From the NCBI GenBank assembly GCA_964560005.1, contig CAZLKB010000001.1, positions 13,079-77,078 of the forward strand: DNA of 64,000 nt, written 5' to 3'. The position numbers and the translations under genes were made by a program. The DNA comes from an uncultured Gammaproteobacteria bacterium (GTDB lineage: Bacteria > Patescibacteriota > Patescibacteriia > Patescibacteriales > GWC2-42-12). Positions within the stretch are counted from its first letter, which is position 1. Each line of letters begins with the position of its first letter. This document shows positions 56,801 through 64,000 of this stretch, piece by piece. Under the pieces are notes generated by a model. It did not search any database. It worked only from the letters and a program-made list of their open reading frames with translations, and was not told the origin of the DNA.

Positions 56801-57342
56801 ACTTTTTCATACCTTATGGCATAATCTCTATTACCGAAGAGCTTTTCCTTGCCTCCCAATCTTACTGCTTCGGCGCGTTCTTCGTTAGTCAATTTAAAGC
56901 CGGCCTTTTTGTTCTGGTCCAGCTGTTGCTCTACGGATTCATCTAATTTGGTAGCGTCAACCAGCCCTTTTTCTCCTTCAAGGACATAATCGCTCTTGCC
57001 CTTTTTTAACCAAAACCACACCCACTTATTCCATAGTTTTAAACCACTACCCGCCGATTTAAAAACCGGAGCGTCGTCTTTGCCTAGCTTACCCTGACCG
57101 ATTTCTTTCGTATAAATTTCATCTAATGCCTCGGGATCATTGGCTAAGATATCCTCTATCGCCACTCGGCCCAACCCGGAAGCAAACTTTTCGCTTTCTT
57201 TCATTCCTGCCTTTAATCTCTCTATGGTTTCCACCGCCTCCGAAGAAAGGCCGGGTCCTGATTCCTGCTTCGGAGCCTCCGGGCCGGCTTGCTCCGGCTT
57301 CTCGGCTTGGCCTCGGCTAAGTATTGATTCTCTGGTCGCCAT
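53875..57342 (-). CDS. 1155-aa cytoplasmic coiled-coil / low-complexity protein, hypothetical
   Basis: Uninterrupted ORF starting 20 nt after the ftsK stop. No signal peptide or convincing TM segment. Long heptad-like Glu/Lys-rich stretches alternate with Gly/Ser/Pro/Gln-rich linkers. An ~80-aa module recurs three times. Confidence 0.6.
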   Translation of the reverse strand: MATRESILSRGQAEKPEQAGPEAPKQESGPGLSSEAVETIERLKAGMKESEKFASGLGRVAIEDILANDPEALDEIYTKEIGQGKLGKDDAPVFKSAGSGLKLWNKWVWFWLKKGKSDYVLEGEKGLVDATKLDESVEQQLDQNKKAGFKLTNEERAEAVRLGGKEKLFGNRDYAIRYEKVGGRVEKKYYGDRSESEAIEKAGEILEEKLKNLATMDGIDLIQEKDSLEKLRNQTDALRENLKKPEIDKLEKEMMLKQRLIDEKETALKIKLETFTGPLKKNQEGIEIALKSSAEVLTVVTAQEATYKEEIKALQQKIRLVGGASEVIKVLGEEAVEWKAEEASKRADLQGLTNERVRLDARIKELNRRKNEVERARARIDKIGKTSDELKAGKAKTGEAGKDQVPAGTFMGAAPGAVQTKAAQTSVQGASSEQFEYDSLEHPEQYERQSEKELDENLVPSGERGASQNKTGKEQAGFEVPIKSGKITGTARKIGVEAEQARPAGMNKNKARIKLNNEDIARLRVSQGVKAETSNEAATFKAEDFENTHMLNGLLHQNDLLRDKIQSEASTGNMESVEACAGEMNQNFIQIKDSYQKKVSGGFKSQVEVNNIIETIDFNNKRIIGEAINKAQEVRVNAGKDEEAAAYSDDDYDKEVAKLDQKRVALDQGQASPETRKNTRGAWFGAIKRFFRFKPEGGRRAPKNQAENAPAVESSETEPEPATEQRAEREEIKLQAGRWLEVIFPNGLWGSALKIAKQQFKLEGKGYFKTAVLNLDKAKTAYVGYLMESKRLGYDQAVEATDNKFNKLAKNIDEAWRQYKQTGKVSVSENGLSRQEAAASADTQAPAKDLEEVLNQNLPVVPADKISTAGERSGRAGGGSIKGSGPKPVDDTGDKVIKNARRQGSTRKGGSVIRPTSQQLIQGLDDTVTTPGPENKLDQISTQESPADPGKGPEVQTVSTNKEEKVESTKDSEIIEGLVAAKLVAELSEVITKNNRKMTQAIKKYFKDKNGISLTKDQAIDSIAGVLKDGGEITGDAVMVQAKIIVDRAIESLQKDISSDMSSKPTPGVESVESQQEKITFSSAAWLNEFALPNSSFRQRKALEKFFGKEDKRADKEMTNVEAIESYVGYYRIVGGKTEEQARSEAEEIIKRIIS

Positions 57343-57362
57343 ATATTTTTTATAATTAATAA

Positions 57363-59987
57363 TTATCTTGAAAAATATTTTCCGTCATCCTCGTCATCAG
57401 AATCTTTAATAGATGACGGCTCGTCTTCTTGCCCTGAGCCATCTGATAGTGAGCCTGTCAAACTAGCCGAAGGGTCTTCGGGCAGGCTTACCGATTTAAC
57501 TCTGGGCTCTTTAATGCTAGCTGATTCGCTAACCGGCTGATCCAAAATTTCTTTTTTAAATTTATTTTCAGCCTCATTATCCGCATCTTCGGTTTCCTCT
57601 GTTTCATCCTCCAACTTATCCTCCAAAGCCTCTTCATCCTCCAAAGCTTCAGCGTCGGAGGAAGCGTCGGCGGGCAAATACTCGTCCGGCGCTTCGGCTT
57701 CCTCTTGCTTATGTAACGGCGCGCCGCTCGGACCTTGACTTACCATACTATCATATTGCTCGCGGCTAATCAAAATTTCCCGCGGCTTGGAGCCCGAGCC
57801 CGGACCGATAACGCCGGCTTCTTCTAAGAGATCCAACAGTCTGGCGGCGCGCGCGTAACCGACGCTTAAGCGCCTCTGCAAATATGAAGCCGAGGCCTTG
57901 CCCGAATTAATGATCAATTCTTTGGCTTCTTCTAAAAGGTCGTCACTGTCTTCCGAACCGCCCGCCTGCCAGCCGGCAATGCCTTGCACCTTCTGCCGAT
58001 CGGTAATGCCTTCAATATACTGCGCTTCGCCGCCGCGGTCTTTAATATAATTAACGATCCGCTTAATTTCGTTTTCACTGACGAAAGCGCCCTGTAATCT
58101 CTTGGGTTTGGAGAATTCCGCCGTGGTATAGAGCATGTCGCCCCGGCCCAGTAATTTTTCCGCGCCTAAGGAATCCAAAATCGTGCGCGAGTCTATGCCC
58201 GAAGCTACGGAAAAAGCGATGCGCGCCGGCATGTTGGCTTTAATCAAGCCGGTAATAACATCAACGCTCGGCCTTTGGGTGGCTAAAACCAAGTGGATGC
58301 CCACCGCTCTGGCCATTTGCGCCAAGCGGATAATCCCGGCTTCTATGTCTTTTCCGGCCGCCACCATCAAATCGGCCAATTCATCAATGATAAAGACCAG
58401 ATAGGGCATCTTACCCATCTCGTCATCGCCATGGACTTTATCGGCTATTTCATTATAACTGACGATATTTTTTCTGCCTGACTTAGCCAAGGTGACAAAG
58501 CGCCTGTCCATTTCATTTAAGCACCATTTTAAAGCGTTAATGGTCTTGCCCACATCGGTGATGACCGGAGTTAATAGATGCGGAATGCCGTTATAGACCG
58601 GCAGTTCCACCCGCTTGGGATCAACCATGATAAAGCGCAAACTGTCCGGGTCGTTTTGATAGAGCAGGCTGATAATAATCGCGTTTAAGCAAACCGATTT
58701 GCCCGAGTTGGTGGCGCCGGCCACCAGTAAGTGAGGCATTTTTGATAAATCGTCCAGCCAAACCTTGCCGCCGACATCCTTGCCCAAAGCGATCAGGGTA
58801 TCGGTTTTTCTGTTTCTATACATCTCTCCGCCCAAGACCTCCCTTAACCCGACGATGGCTTTAGTCTGGTTAGGCACTTCAACGCCGACCAAGGACCGGC
58901 CCGGTATAGGCGCCTCGATCCTGATCGGATGAGCGGCCAGGTTTAAAGCCAAGTCGTTTGATAAGGTGGTGATGCGCGATAATTTAATGCCGTCAGCCGG
59001 CCTAAAAGTATATTGGGTAACGGTCGGGCCGATATTAATCTCTCCCATCTCTACCGGTATGCCGAAATTTTCCAAAGTTTTTTGGATAATCTGCAAGTTA
59101 TTCTTAATGTCGCCGGAGGTGGGTTTGCCGATTTTGGCATTCAGTAAATCCAAGGGCAGCCCAATTTTGATATGAGTCGGCTTCCAGTCGCTATCTTCTT
59201 TTTTAGTTTTACCCGCCTTGGCTCCGACGCTATCTTCGGCCTGGCCGGCCTTGATTTTATGCTTATGAAATCCAACTTCGTTTAACTCTTCCGGCTCGGA
59301 AATTTCGGAGTCGGCGGCTTCATCAAATTCTTCATCCGCGGTTTCTGCGGCTACGGAAGCTGCTTCATCGATTTCATCCCCGCGTCCGCGTCTAAATATT
59401 TTATTAAATACAAAATTGATCGGATAAAGCAATTTGGCGAACCAGCTGTCTCGGCCGATCATAGATTCTAAGGTGGCGTTGAATAGCAGCATGACGGAAA
59501 TGAATAACAAGCCGACGATTACAACCAGGCTGGCCCAAAAACCCATGATTTTATAGAAAATCGTTAACAAGCCGTAGCCGATATAACCGCCGCCCTGGCC
59601 TTCCATAACAGCCGTCTGCCACTTGTCCTGGCCGACAAAAGTATGAAGCAAGGCGCCGAAAGATATGACGAATATAAATAAACCCAAAAAATTAGCGCCC
59701 CTGACCCAATTTTTATCGCGATTATACATTAAAAACCCGATGGCCAGAAAAGATAGAGGAAAAATCCATTTAGCCCAGCCGAATAAAAAGATGATGCCCC
59801 GCTCCAGATACCTGCCTAAGCCTTCAGCCAAACCGAAGAGGCTAAGTAGGCTGATGGCGCCAATAGCCAAAATTAAAATAATAAAAATACCCCTCTTCAT
59901 GTCAGGGTCTAAATTAACCTTGGGCAATCTAATATAATCCAAAGCATTGGCTTTTCTTCGATGTCTTCTCATAATAATATTATTCAA
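57363..59987 (-). CDS. ftsK: DNA translocase FtsK/SpoIIIE with an acidic C-terminal tail
   Basis: N-terminal TM helices, Walker A LVAGATNSGKSVCLN, Walker B-like YLVFIIDELADLM and the gamma winged-helix SASYLQRRLSVGYARAARLLDLLEEAGVIG. An Asp/Glu-rich tail of about 130 aa follows. Confidence 0.93.
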   Translation of the reverse strand: MNNIIMRRHRRKANALDYIRLPKVNLDPDMKRGIFIILILAIGAISLLSLFGLAEGLGRYLERGIIFLFGWAKWIFPLSFLAIGFLMYNRDKNWVRGANFLGLFIFVISFGALLHTFVGQDKWQTAVMEGQGGGYIGYGLLTIFYKIMGFWASLVVIVGLLFISVMLLFNATLESMIGRDSWFAKLLYPINFVFNKIFRRGRGDEIDEAASVAAETADEEFDEAADSEISEPEELNEVGFHKHKIKAGQAEDSVGAKAGKTKKEDSDWKPTHIKIGLPLDLLNAKIGKPTSGDIKNNLQIIQKTLENFGIPVEMGEINIGPTVTQYTFRPADGIKLSRITTLSNDLALNLAAHPIRIEAPIPGRSLVGVEVPNQTKAIVGLREVLGGEMYRNRKTDTLIALGKDVGGKVWLDDLSKMPHLLVAGATNSGKSVCLNAIIISLLYQNDPDSLRFIMVDPKRVELPVYNGIPHLLTPVITDVGKTINALKWCLNEMDRRFVTLAKSGRKNIVSYNEIADKVHGDDEMGKMPYLVFIIDELADLMVAAGKDIEAGIIRLAQMARAVGIHLVLATQRPSVDVITGLIKANMPARIAFSVASGIDSRTILDSLGAEKLLGRGDMLYTTAEFSKPKRLQGAFVSENEIKRIVNYIKDRGGEAQYIEGITDRQKVQGIAGWQAGGSEDSDDLLEEAKELIINSGKASASYLQRRLSVGYARAARLLDLLEEAGVIGPGSGSKPREILISREQYDSMVSQGPSGAPLHKQEEAEAPDEYLPADASSDAEALEDEEALEDKLEDETEETEDADNEAENKFKKEILDQPVSESASIKEPRVKSVSLPEDPSASLTGSLSDGSGQEDEPSSIKDSDDEDDGKYFSR

Positions 59988-60120
59988 ATACTACAAATTA
60001 ACACCCAAATACTACGAAAGAATGCAAAAAACAGACAATACAAATACCTTAGATATAAGATATTTGCAGTATTTGGATAATTTTTGTAGTATTTGAATTA
60101 TATTAATTTGTAGAATGCGC
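59984..60120. repeat. AT-rich inverted repeat, 'ACTACAAA' subfamily, directly upstream of ftsK
   Basis: TTCAAATACTACAAATT and CCCAAATACTACGAAAG oppose ATATTTGCAGTATTTGG, ATTTTTGTAGTATTTGAA and AATTTGTAGAATGCGCA. CAAATAC recurs at offsets 0, 21 and 56. Confidence 0.8.
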
Positions 60121-60152
60121 ATTATATTAATATTATACCATAATTAATCAAT

Positions 60153-60184
60153 AAAAAAAACCCATGAGAATTTCCACTCATAGG
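60153..60184 (-). terminator. rho-independent terminator of the ACP-like gene
   Basis: The minus strand reads CCTATGAGTGGAAATTCTCATGGGTTTTTTTT. Confidence 0.75.
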
Positions 60185-60185
60185 T

Positions 60186-60458
60186 TCAGTCAAGCAAAGA
60201 GCATGCTTCTTGGGCCACGTGCTCGCCGATAAGATCGATCGCGTCTTTGACCACTCTGAAATCTCTAACTTGCGCGTCGGAGATTGTTAGGCCGAATTCC
60301 ATACCCAGGCCAAGAGCTACATTAACCATAGCTAGTGCGTCCGCTCCGAGATCTTCGGCGAACTTAGCCGAAGGCACCACAAGCCTTCTCCGAACTCTCA
60401 AGTTATCTGCAATTACCCTAATCGCGCGTCGTTCTATTTCTGTCGTTGTCGCATTCAT
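60186..60458 (-). CDS. acyl-carrier-protein-like protein with the phosphopantetheine Ser replaced by Ala
   Basis: FAEDLGADALAMVNVALGLGMEFGLTISDAQVRDFRVVKDAIDLI aligns with the ACP core [27 protein letters not shown]. The Ala codon GCA at 60336-60338 sits where the conserved Ser should be. Confidence 0.65.
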   Translation of the reverse strand: MNATTTEIERRAIRVIADNLRVRRRLVVPSAKFAEDLGADALAMVNVALGLGMEFGLTISDAQVRDFRVVKDAIDLIGEHVAQEACSLLD

Positions 60459-60630
60459 TTTAGTTCTCCGTTCTGTTGTTTACCAGCTCTTGGCTGGTTT
60501 ATTTGTTTGTTCAAAAGACCGTTTTGAAAGACCGTCTTACAGTCACCTTAAAATACTAGCCTTGCCTCCATACTTTGTCAATAATTTACCTCGGCAAGCT
60601 TAACCTGACGCCAATTAATCCATAATATCT

Positions 60631-63579
60631 CTAACTTCCGGTTTTTCTGGCCGCTCTAATAAACAACCCTATTAATACGATTATAACCGCTCCGGCTATT
60701 ATCAATAAATATTTAAATAACTCTATTTTTTTATCCCGCTCGGCGATCGCCCACTCTCCGGACGAAGCCACTTCGCCTAAGACTTGAGGCTCTAGCCCGC
60801 CTGCCGGCGAGGCGGGCCCGCCGGCATCGCCTGCTTTAATAATATCATCTTCAGAGCGCGGCATCAGCCTCAACCCTGTTGAAGTCTTACCTAAGATGCC
60901 GGTTACCGAAACCGCCTGACCGGGCGTTAAATTTTTTGTGCTAATGCCGGCGGCCTGCTTAATGTATATTAAAATTTCACCGCTGCCGTCGTCTAAATAA
61001 AGTGTCGAGCTTTTTTTGTCCGTGATTTCGCCGCTGACGCGAAGCAATTGTCCGATATTTTCTTCGTTCACCTGGTCGCAGCTTAGCTCTAGAGCCGGCG
61101 GAGGCGCTCCATGCTCTTTTACTGCCATATCGCTCTTTGCCTTGGTTTTTATTCTGGCTTCGCCTTGAGTTTGCGCCAGCTCTCCCGAAACCTCTAAATA
61201 ATCGCCTACCGTAAGCGCGGGAAAATCTTTTTTATAATTATAAACTTGCAGGCCGGTGGAAGAGCTTACGACATAAAAAACCTGCGTGCCTAAAATACCG
61301 GGCAAAACCGCCACCGTGCCTTTAACTTTTACCAAGCTGGCGATCTCCAGCTCCTTGGCCTGTTCCAAAGATGCCTCTGTATAATCAGCCTCCTCAACCC
61401 TAGCGCTCGAGACGCTGCTTAAAACAATCGCGCTCTTGCTGCCGGCTAGGCTGATTATATTGTCCCGGCCAGGCGTCAGTTTAGTAGTCCAAAACCACTT
61501 GCCGTTTTCACCCCGCGCGTAAGCCTCGCCTTGAACCGCCTCGCTGTACTCCACCCGATCAATCAGCTCGTCTAAATCATTATATAAGCTGATGACGTCC
61601 GAACTGTTCTTAAACGCCAATTTGCTAACCGTATTGGTTAACAGATAGAAATCGTCCTCCTCCAGCCAGGCATCATTTTTAAATTTATACCTGCCATTGC
61701 TATTTTCTAAACGCCAATTTGCTAAATTTAACTTTTCCGCGCCCTGATTTTTTAATTCCGCCATTTCTTGCCCCGTATCCGCGCCCGCCGGATCGGGAAA
61801 AATTTCGTTAATAATTATGCCGCCTTCACCCCCTTTCAAAAGGGGGGTGCGGGGGGTTACCGCACTTAAGCCAGTCGCCTCGCCACTTAACTCGCCGACA
61901 TTATTTGCCACTTTCACGCTTTTCACTTTTTCCGCGGTTGTCTGGCTGTCGCTCACTGCCAGCCTGACCTCATAAATGCCGGCCTTAAAAAAAGTGTGTT
62001 CCGGATTGGCTAGAATGTTTTTGAAGCCGTCGCCAAAATCCCAGGCATATTTCAACCGAGCGCCATCGGGCGCACCCGTGTCCGAACTGTCGAAAACCGC
62101 CGGCTGGCCGGTTAGAATATTCTCCGGAAAACTAAATTCAACTTCAATCACCCGGCTAGCCGCTTGGGTTTGTACCACATTAACCGCCCCAGGCGTCGGC
62201 AACTCACTCCACTGCCATTCAGTATTTACATTATTCGCTAAATTCGCTTTCAATTCGCTTAAATTAGTTTTGACATAGCTCCAGCCCTCTTTAACATTCT
62301 TATACGCCACGGTTTGCGCCGGCTTATCGGCCAGGGGCTGGAATAATCTAACTTCCCCCTGGTCATTATGTAAAACTATTTTCGTTCTTGGCCGAAAAAA
62401 GGCTAAATATTCGCCGGCTCTGATTAAAGTACCGGTAGCAATTTTTTCCAAATTTACTTTTTTTTCATCTTCATTACTTAAGCTCCAACCGGTTAAATTG
62501 ACCTCTCGCGCGCCCGCATTATATATTTCAATGAATTCCAGTTTGGCGTCGTCGCCGGCCGGATTGGGCAGCAATTCGGAAAGATAGATGTCGTTAGAAA
62601 AATCAAATCCGGCCCTAGCTTCTTGGCTGACCTCATCTTCCGCTTGAATCAGATTGCTTGAACCCTTGGTCGGTTCAAGAGTAACGGCGAAATCGTTGGC
62701 GTTATTAAAAGTATTATAGCCGTCAAATTTTCTGGCCAGGCTCTCGGGGTCGTGAGCGACTGGAGCATTATCCGATAAATTTCCGTCAGGCCAGTTGCCA
62801 TAAACCACTTGGTCAATAATTTTCCCGGCTGAATCATGTAAAACTATAAGATCGCCGCTGTTATTTAAATTACCCGACGGCTTGTCAATTATCTTGTAAC
62901 GGTTTAAGTCACTCAAACCCAAACTGCCGGTCAGATTAGTTTTCGCCTTACTGCCGTCTTCAAGCCACCAACCGGTTAAATCAATCTCTTGGCTGGTTTT
63001 ATTATATAATTCTATCCACTCAACCTCGTTATCCGCCGGGTCGGAGACGAATTCGTTTATTAATACATCGCCAAGATTATTGGTCCCCTTTGACAAAGAT
63101 GGGCCTGCCTGCGCAGGCAGGCTGGGGGGATTTTCCACATCGCCAGTCGAAGTAGCCGTCTGGTCCGGCGGCGGAGTAATAACCACTGTTTCTACGGTAC
63201 AACCCGAGCTGCAGCCGTCGCCATCGGTTAAATTCCCGTCATCGCAGCCTTCGCCCGCTTCTAGCGCCGCGTTGCCGCAAACCGGCAGAGCGGCATCGCC
63301 GCCTACGGTGATTAAATCTTTAAGGCTATCAAAAGTGGCTTGCTTTATACCGGTGACATTCATTATGTCTTCAATTTTTTGGAATAGTCCTACGCTGGCG
63401 CGATAATTTATTATCTCCTGGGCTTTAGCCGGGCCGATTCCCGGCAAAGTATCCAGTTCTTCTACGGTTGCGGTATTTATATTTATTAATCCAACCGCTT
63501 CAATTTCTTGGGTACAAAAAAATCCCGCGGTCATGATCGCCAGGATTATAAAAAAAACCCACCCTCCTTGTTTTAGCAT
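60631..63579 (-). CDS. large surface protein: ComEA-type HhH + Cys-rich repeat + three lamin-tail domains + PKD domain + OB-fold-like region + C-terminal TM anchor
   Basis: The HhH region is NTATVEELDTLPGIGPAKAQEIINYR and the Cys-rich repeat is CGNAALEAGEGCDDGNLTDGDGCSSGC. LTD-like motifs occur three times (LINEFVSDPADNEVEWIELYN...LTGWWL; LSELLPNPAGDD..EFIEIYN; IINEIFPDPAG). The PKD region reads YAWDFGDG...EHTFFKAGIYEVRLAVSD. The C-terminal TM segment is LLIIAGAVIIVLIGLFI. Confidence 0.75.
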   Translation of the reverse strand: MLKQGGWVFFIILAIMTAGFFCTQEIEAVGLININTATVEELDTLPGIGPAKAQEIINYRASVGLFQKIEDIMNVTGIKQATFDSLKDLITVGGDAALPVCGNAALEAGEGCDDGNLTDGDGCSSGCTVETVVITPPPDQTATSTGDVENPPSLPAQAGPSLSKGTNNLGDVLINEFVSDPADNEVEWIELYNKTSQEIDLTGWWLEDGSKAKTNLTGSLGLSDLNRYKIIDKPSGNLNNSGDLIVLHDSAGKIIDQVVYGNWPDGNLSDNAPVAHDPESLARKFDGYNTFNNANDFAVTLEPTKGSSNLIQAEDEVSQEARAGFDFSNDIYLSELLPNPAGDDAKLEFIEIYNAGAREVNLTGWSLSNEDEKKVNLEKIATGTLIRAGEYLAFFRPRTKIVLHNDQGEVRLFQPLADKPAQTVAYKNVKEGWSYVKTNLSELKANLANNVNTEWQWSELPTPGAVNVVQTQAASRVIEVEFSFPENILTGQPAVFDSSDTGAPDGARLKYAWDFGDGFKNILANPEHTFFKAGIYEVRLAVSDSQTTAEKVKSVKVANNVGELSGEATGLSAVTPRTPLLKGGEGGIIINEIFPDPAGADTGQEMAELKNQGAEKLNLANWRLENSNGRYKFKNDAWLEEDDFYLLTNTVSKLAFKNSSDVISLYNDLDELIDRVEYSEAVQGEAYARGENGKWFWTTKLTPGRDNIISLAGSKSAIVLSSVSSARVEEADYTEASLEQAKELEIASLVKVKGTVAVLPGILGTQVFYVVSSSTGLQVYNYKKDFPALTVGDYLEVSGELAQTQGEARIKTKAKSDMAVKEHGAPPPALELSCDQVNEENIGQLLRVSGEITDKKSSTLYLDDGSGEILIYIKQAAGISTKNLTPGQAVSVTGILGKTSTGLRLMPRSEDDIIKAGDAGGPASPAGGLEPQVLGEVASSGEWAIAERDKKIELFKYLLIIAGAVIIVLIGLFIRAARKTGS

Positions 63580-63616
63580 AAATTTTATTTAAAAAATAAT
63601 ATTTATTTTTAGAATC

Positions 63617-63770
63617 ACCACGGGGGTTTGGGGGTCCGAGCTGAGCGCCAAGGCGCGAGAAAAGAAAGTAATTAAAGGCACTAGCGAATTGAGGACCCCC
63701 AAAACTTTTTGCTTACTTTTTAGTTATAAAAAGTAAGTCCTAGCGAAGCGTCACGAACTAATTTACAAAT
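63617..63770. repeat. ~165-nt structured repeat, copy c
   Basis: ACCACGGGGGTTTGGGGGTCCGAGCTGAGCGCCAAGGCGCG...CACTAGCGAATTGAGGACCCCC, then the hairpin CTTACTTTTTAGTTATAAAAAGTAAG, then TCCTAGCGAAGCGTCACGAAC. Confidence 0.85.
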
Positions 63771-63802
63771 AAAAAGAAGGAAATAATAATCATCTGTTTA
63801 AG

Positions 63803-64000
63803 TCACTTGATTATAGTCCCTTTAAACTTCTTCCCGGCTAAATAATTATCTATATTTTCTATGTTCTTGCCATTCATAATCACCACCTCCAGCTTCAGCT
63901 CCTCCGACTTTTTGGCCGCAACCGGATCAAACGGAGCGTTTAAACCCGGCGACCATTTATTACCCACCAATTTTCTGAATTCCGCCCAAGTCATTTTTAA
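63803..64000 (-). CDS. C-terminal part of a UMP kinase-like (amino-acid kinase family) protein; N-terminus runs off the window
   Basis: NAPFDPVAAKKSEELKLEVVIMNGKNIENIDNYLAGKKFKGTIIK resembles the C-terminus of archaeal-type PyrH. The frame stays open to position 64000. Confidence 0.5.
   Translation of the reverse strand, partial: LKMTWAEFRKLVGNKWSPGLNAPFDPVAAKKSEELKLEVVIMNGKNIENIDNYLAGKKFKGTIIK

Overview
This 64-kb segment comes from an AT-rich, gene-dense bacterial chromosome. The gene content looks like Patescibacteria/CPR: a ComEA/lamin-tail surface protein, VanW, DUF3006, a four-helix-bundle protein, shortened UvrB/UvrC and type IV pilin-like genes. That lineage call is inference only, since no database search was possible. 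I support about 47 protein genes. Most are housekeeping: uvrA, uvrB, uvrC, gyrA, ftsK, rmuC, glycyl-, arginyl-, tyrosyl- and valyl-tRNA synthetases, murI, nagB, dapA and hsp20. There is also a MacB-type ABC pair, an RND pump with its adaptor, two tRNAs, one decayed tRNA fragment and an unlisted 58-aa ferredoxin. I found no rRNA, CRISPR array, cas gene, transposase or integrase.

The observations most worth a second look are:
1. ValRS carries a complete alpha/beta serine-hydrolase domain with an intact Ser-Asp-His triad, nested at its short connective-peptide site.
2. A 1580-aa fusion joins two HgdC/BcrAD-type activase ATPase modules to 2-hydroxyacyl-CoA-dehydratase-like domains (PlsA/PlsR-like). 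It has no fatty-acid or lipid context nearby.
3. More than 20 intergenic spacers hold hairpin-forming inverted repeats whose arms are built from 7-nt units. The same sequences are inserted in frame into UvrA, ArgRS, TyrRS, ValRS and a Wzy-like protein. One such hairpin carries a four-helix-bundle (rRNA intervening-sequence family) gene in its loop, and that gene has an in-frame TAA.
4. Two pilin-like cassettes share a promoter, a ~105-nt leader and a terminator. These noncoding parts are more conserved than the coding sequence.
5. Several longer structured repeats (about 165 nt in 3 copies, about 133 nt in 2 copies) show compensatory base changes.
6. Smaller items include a tRNA-Ile with a UAU anticodon, an orphan ACP-like protein whose phosphopantetheine serine is replaced by Ala, and a 1155-aa coiled-coil protein in the ftsK operon.

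All family assignments are by eye from remembered motifs and need HMM or BLAST confirmation.
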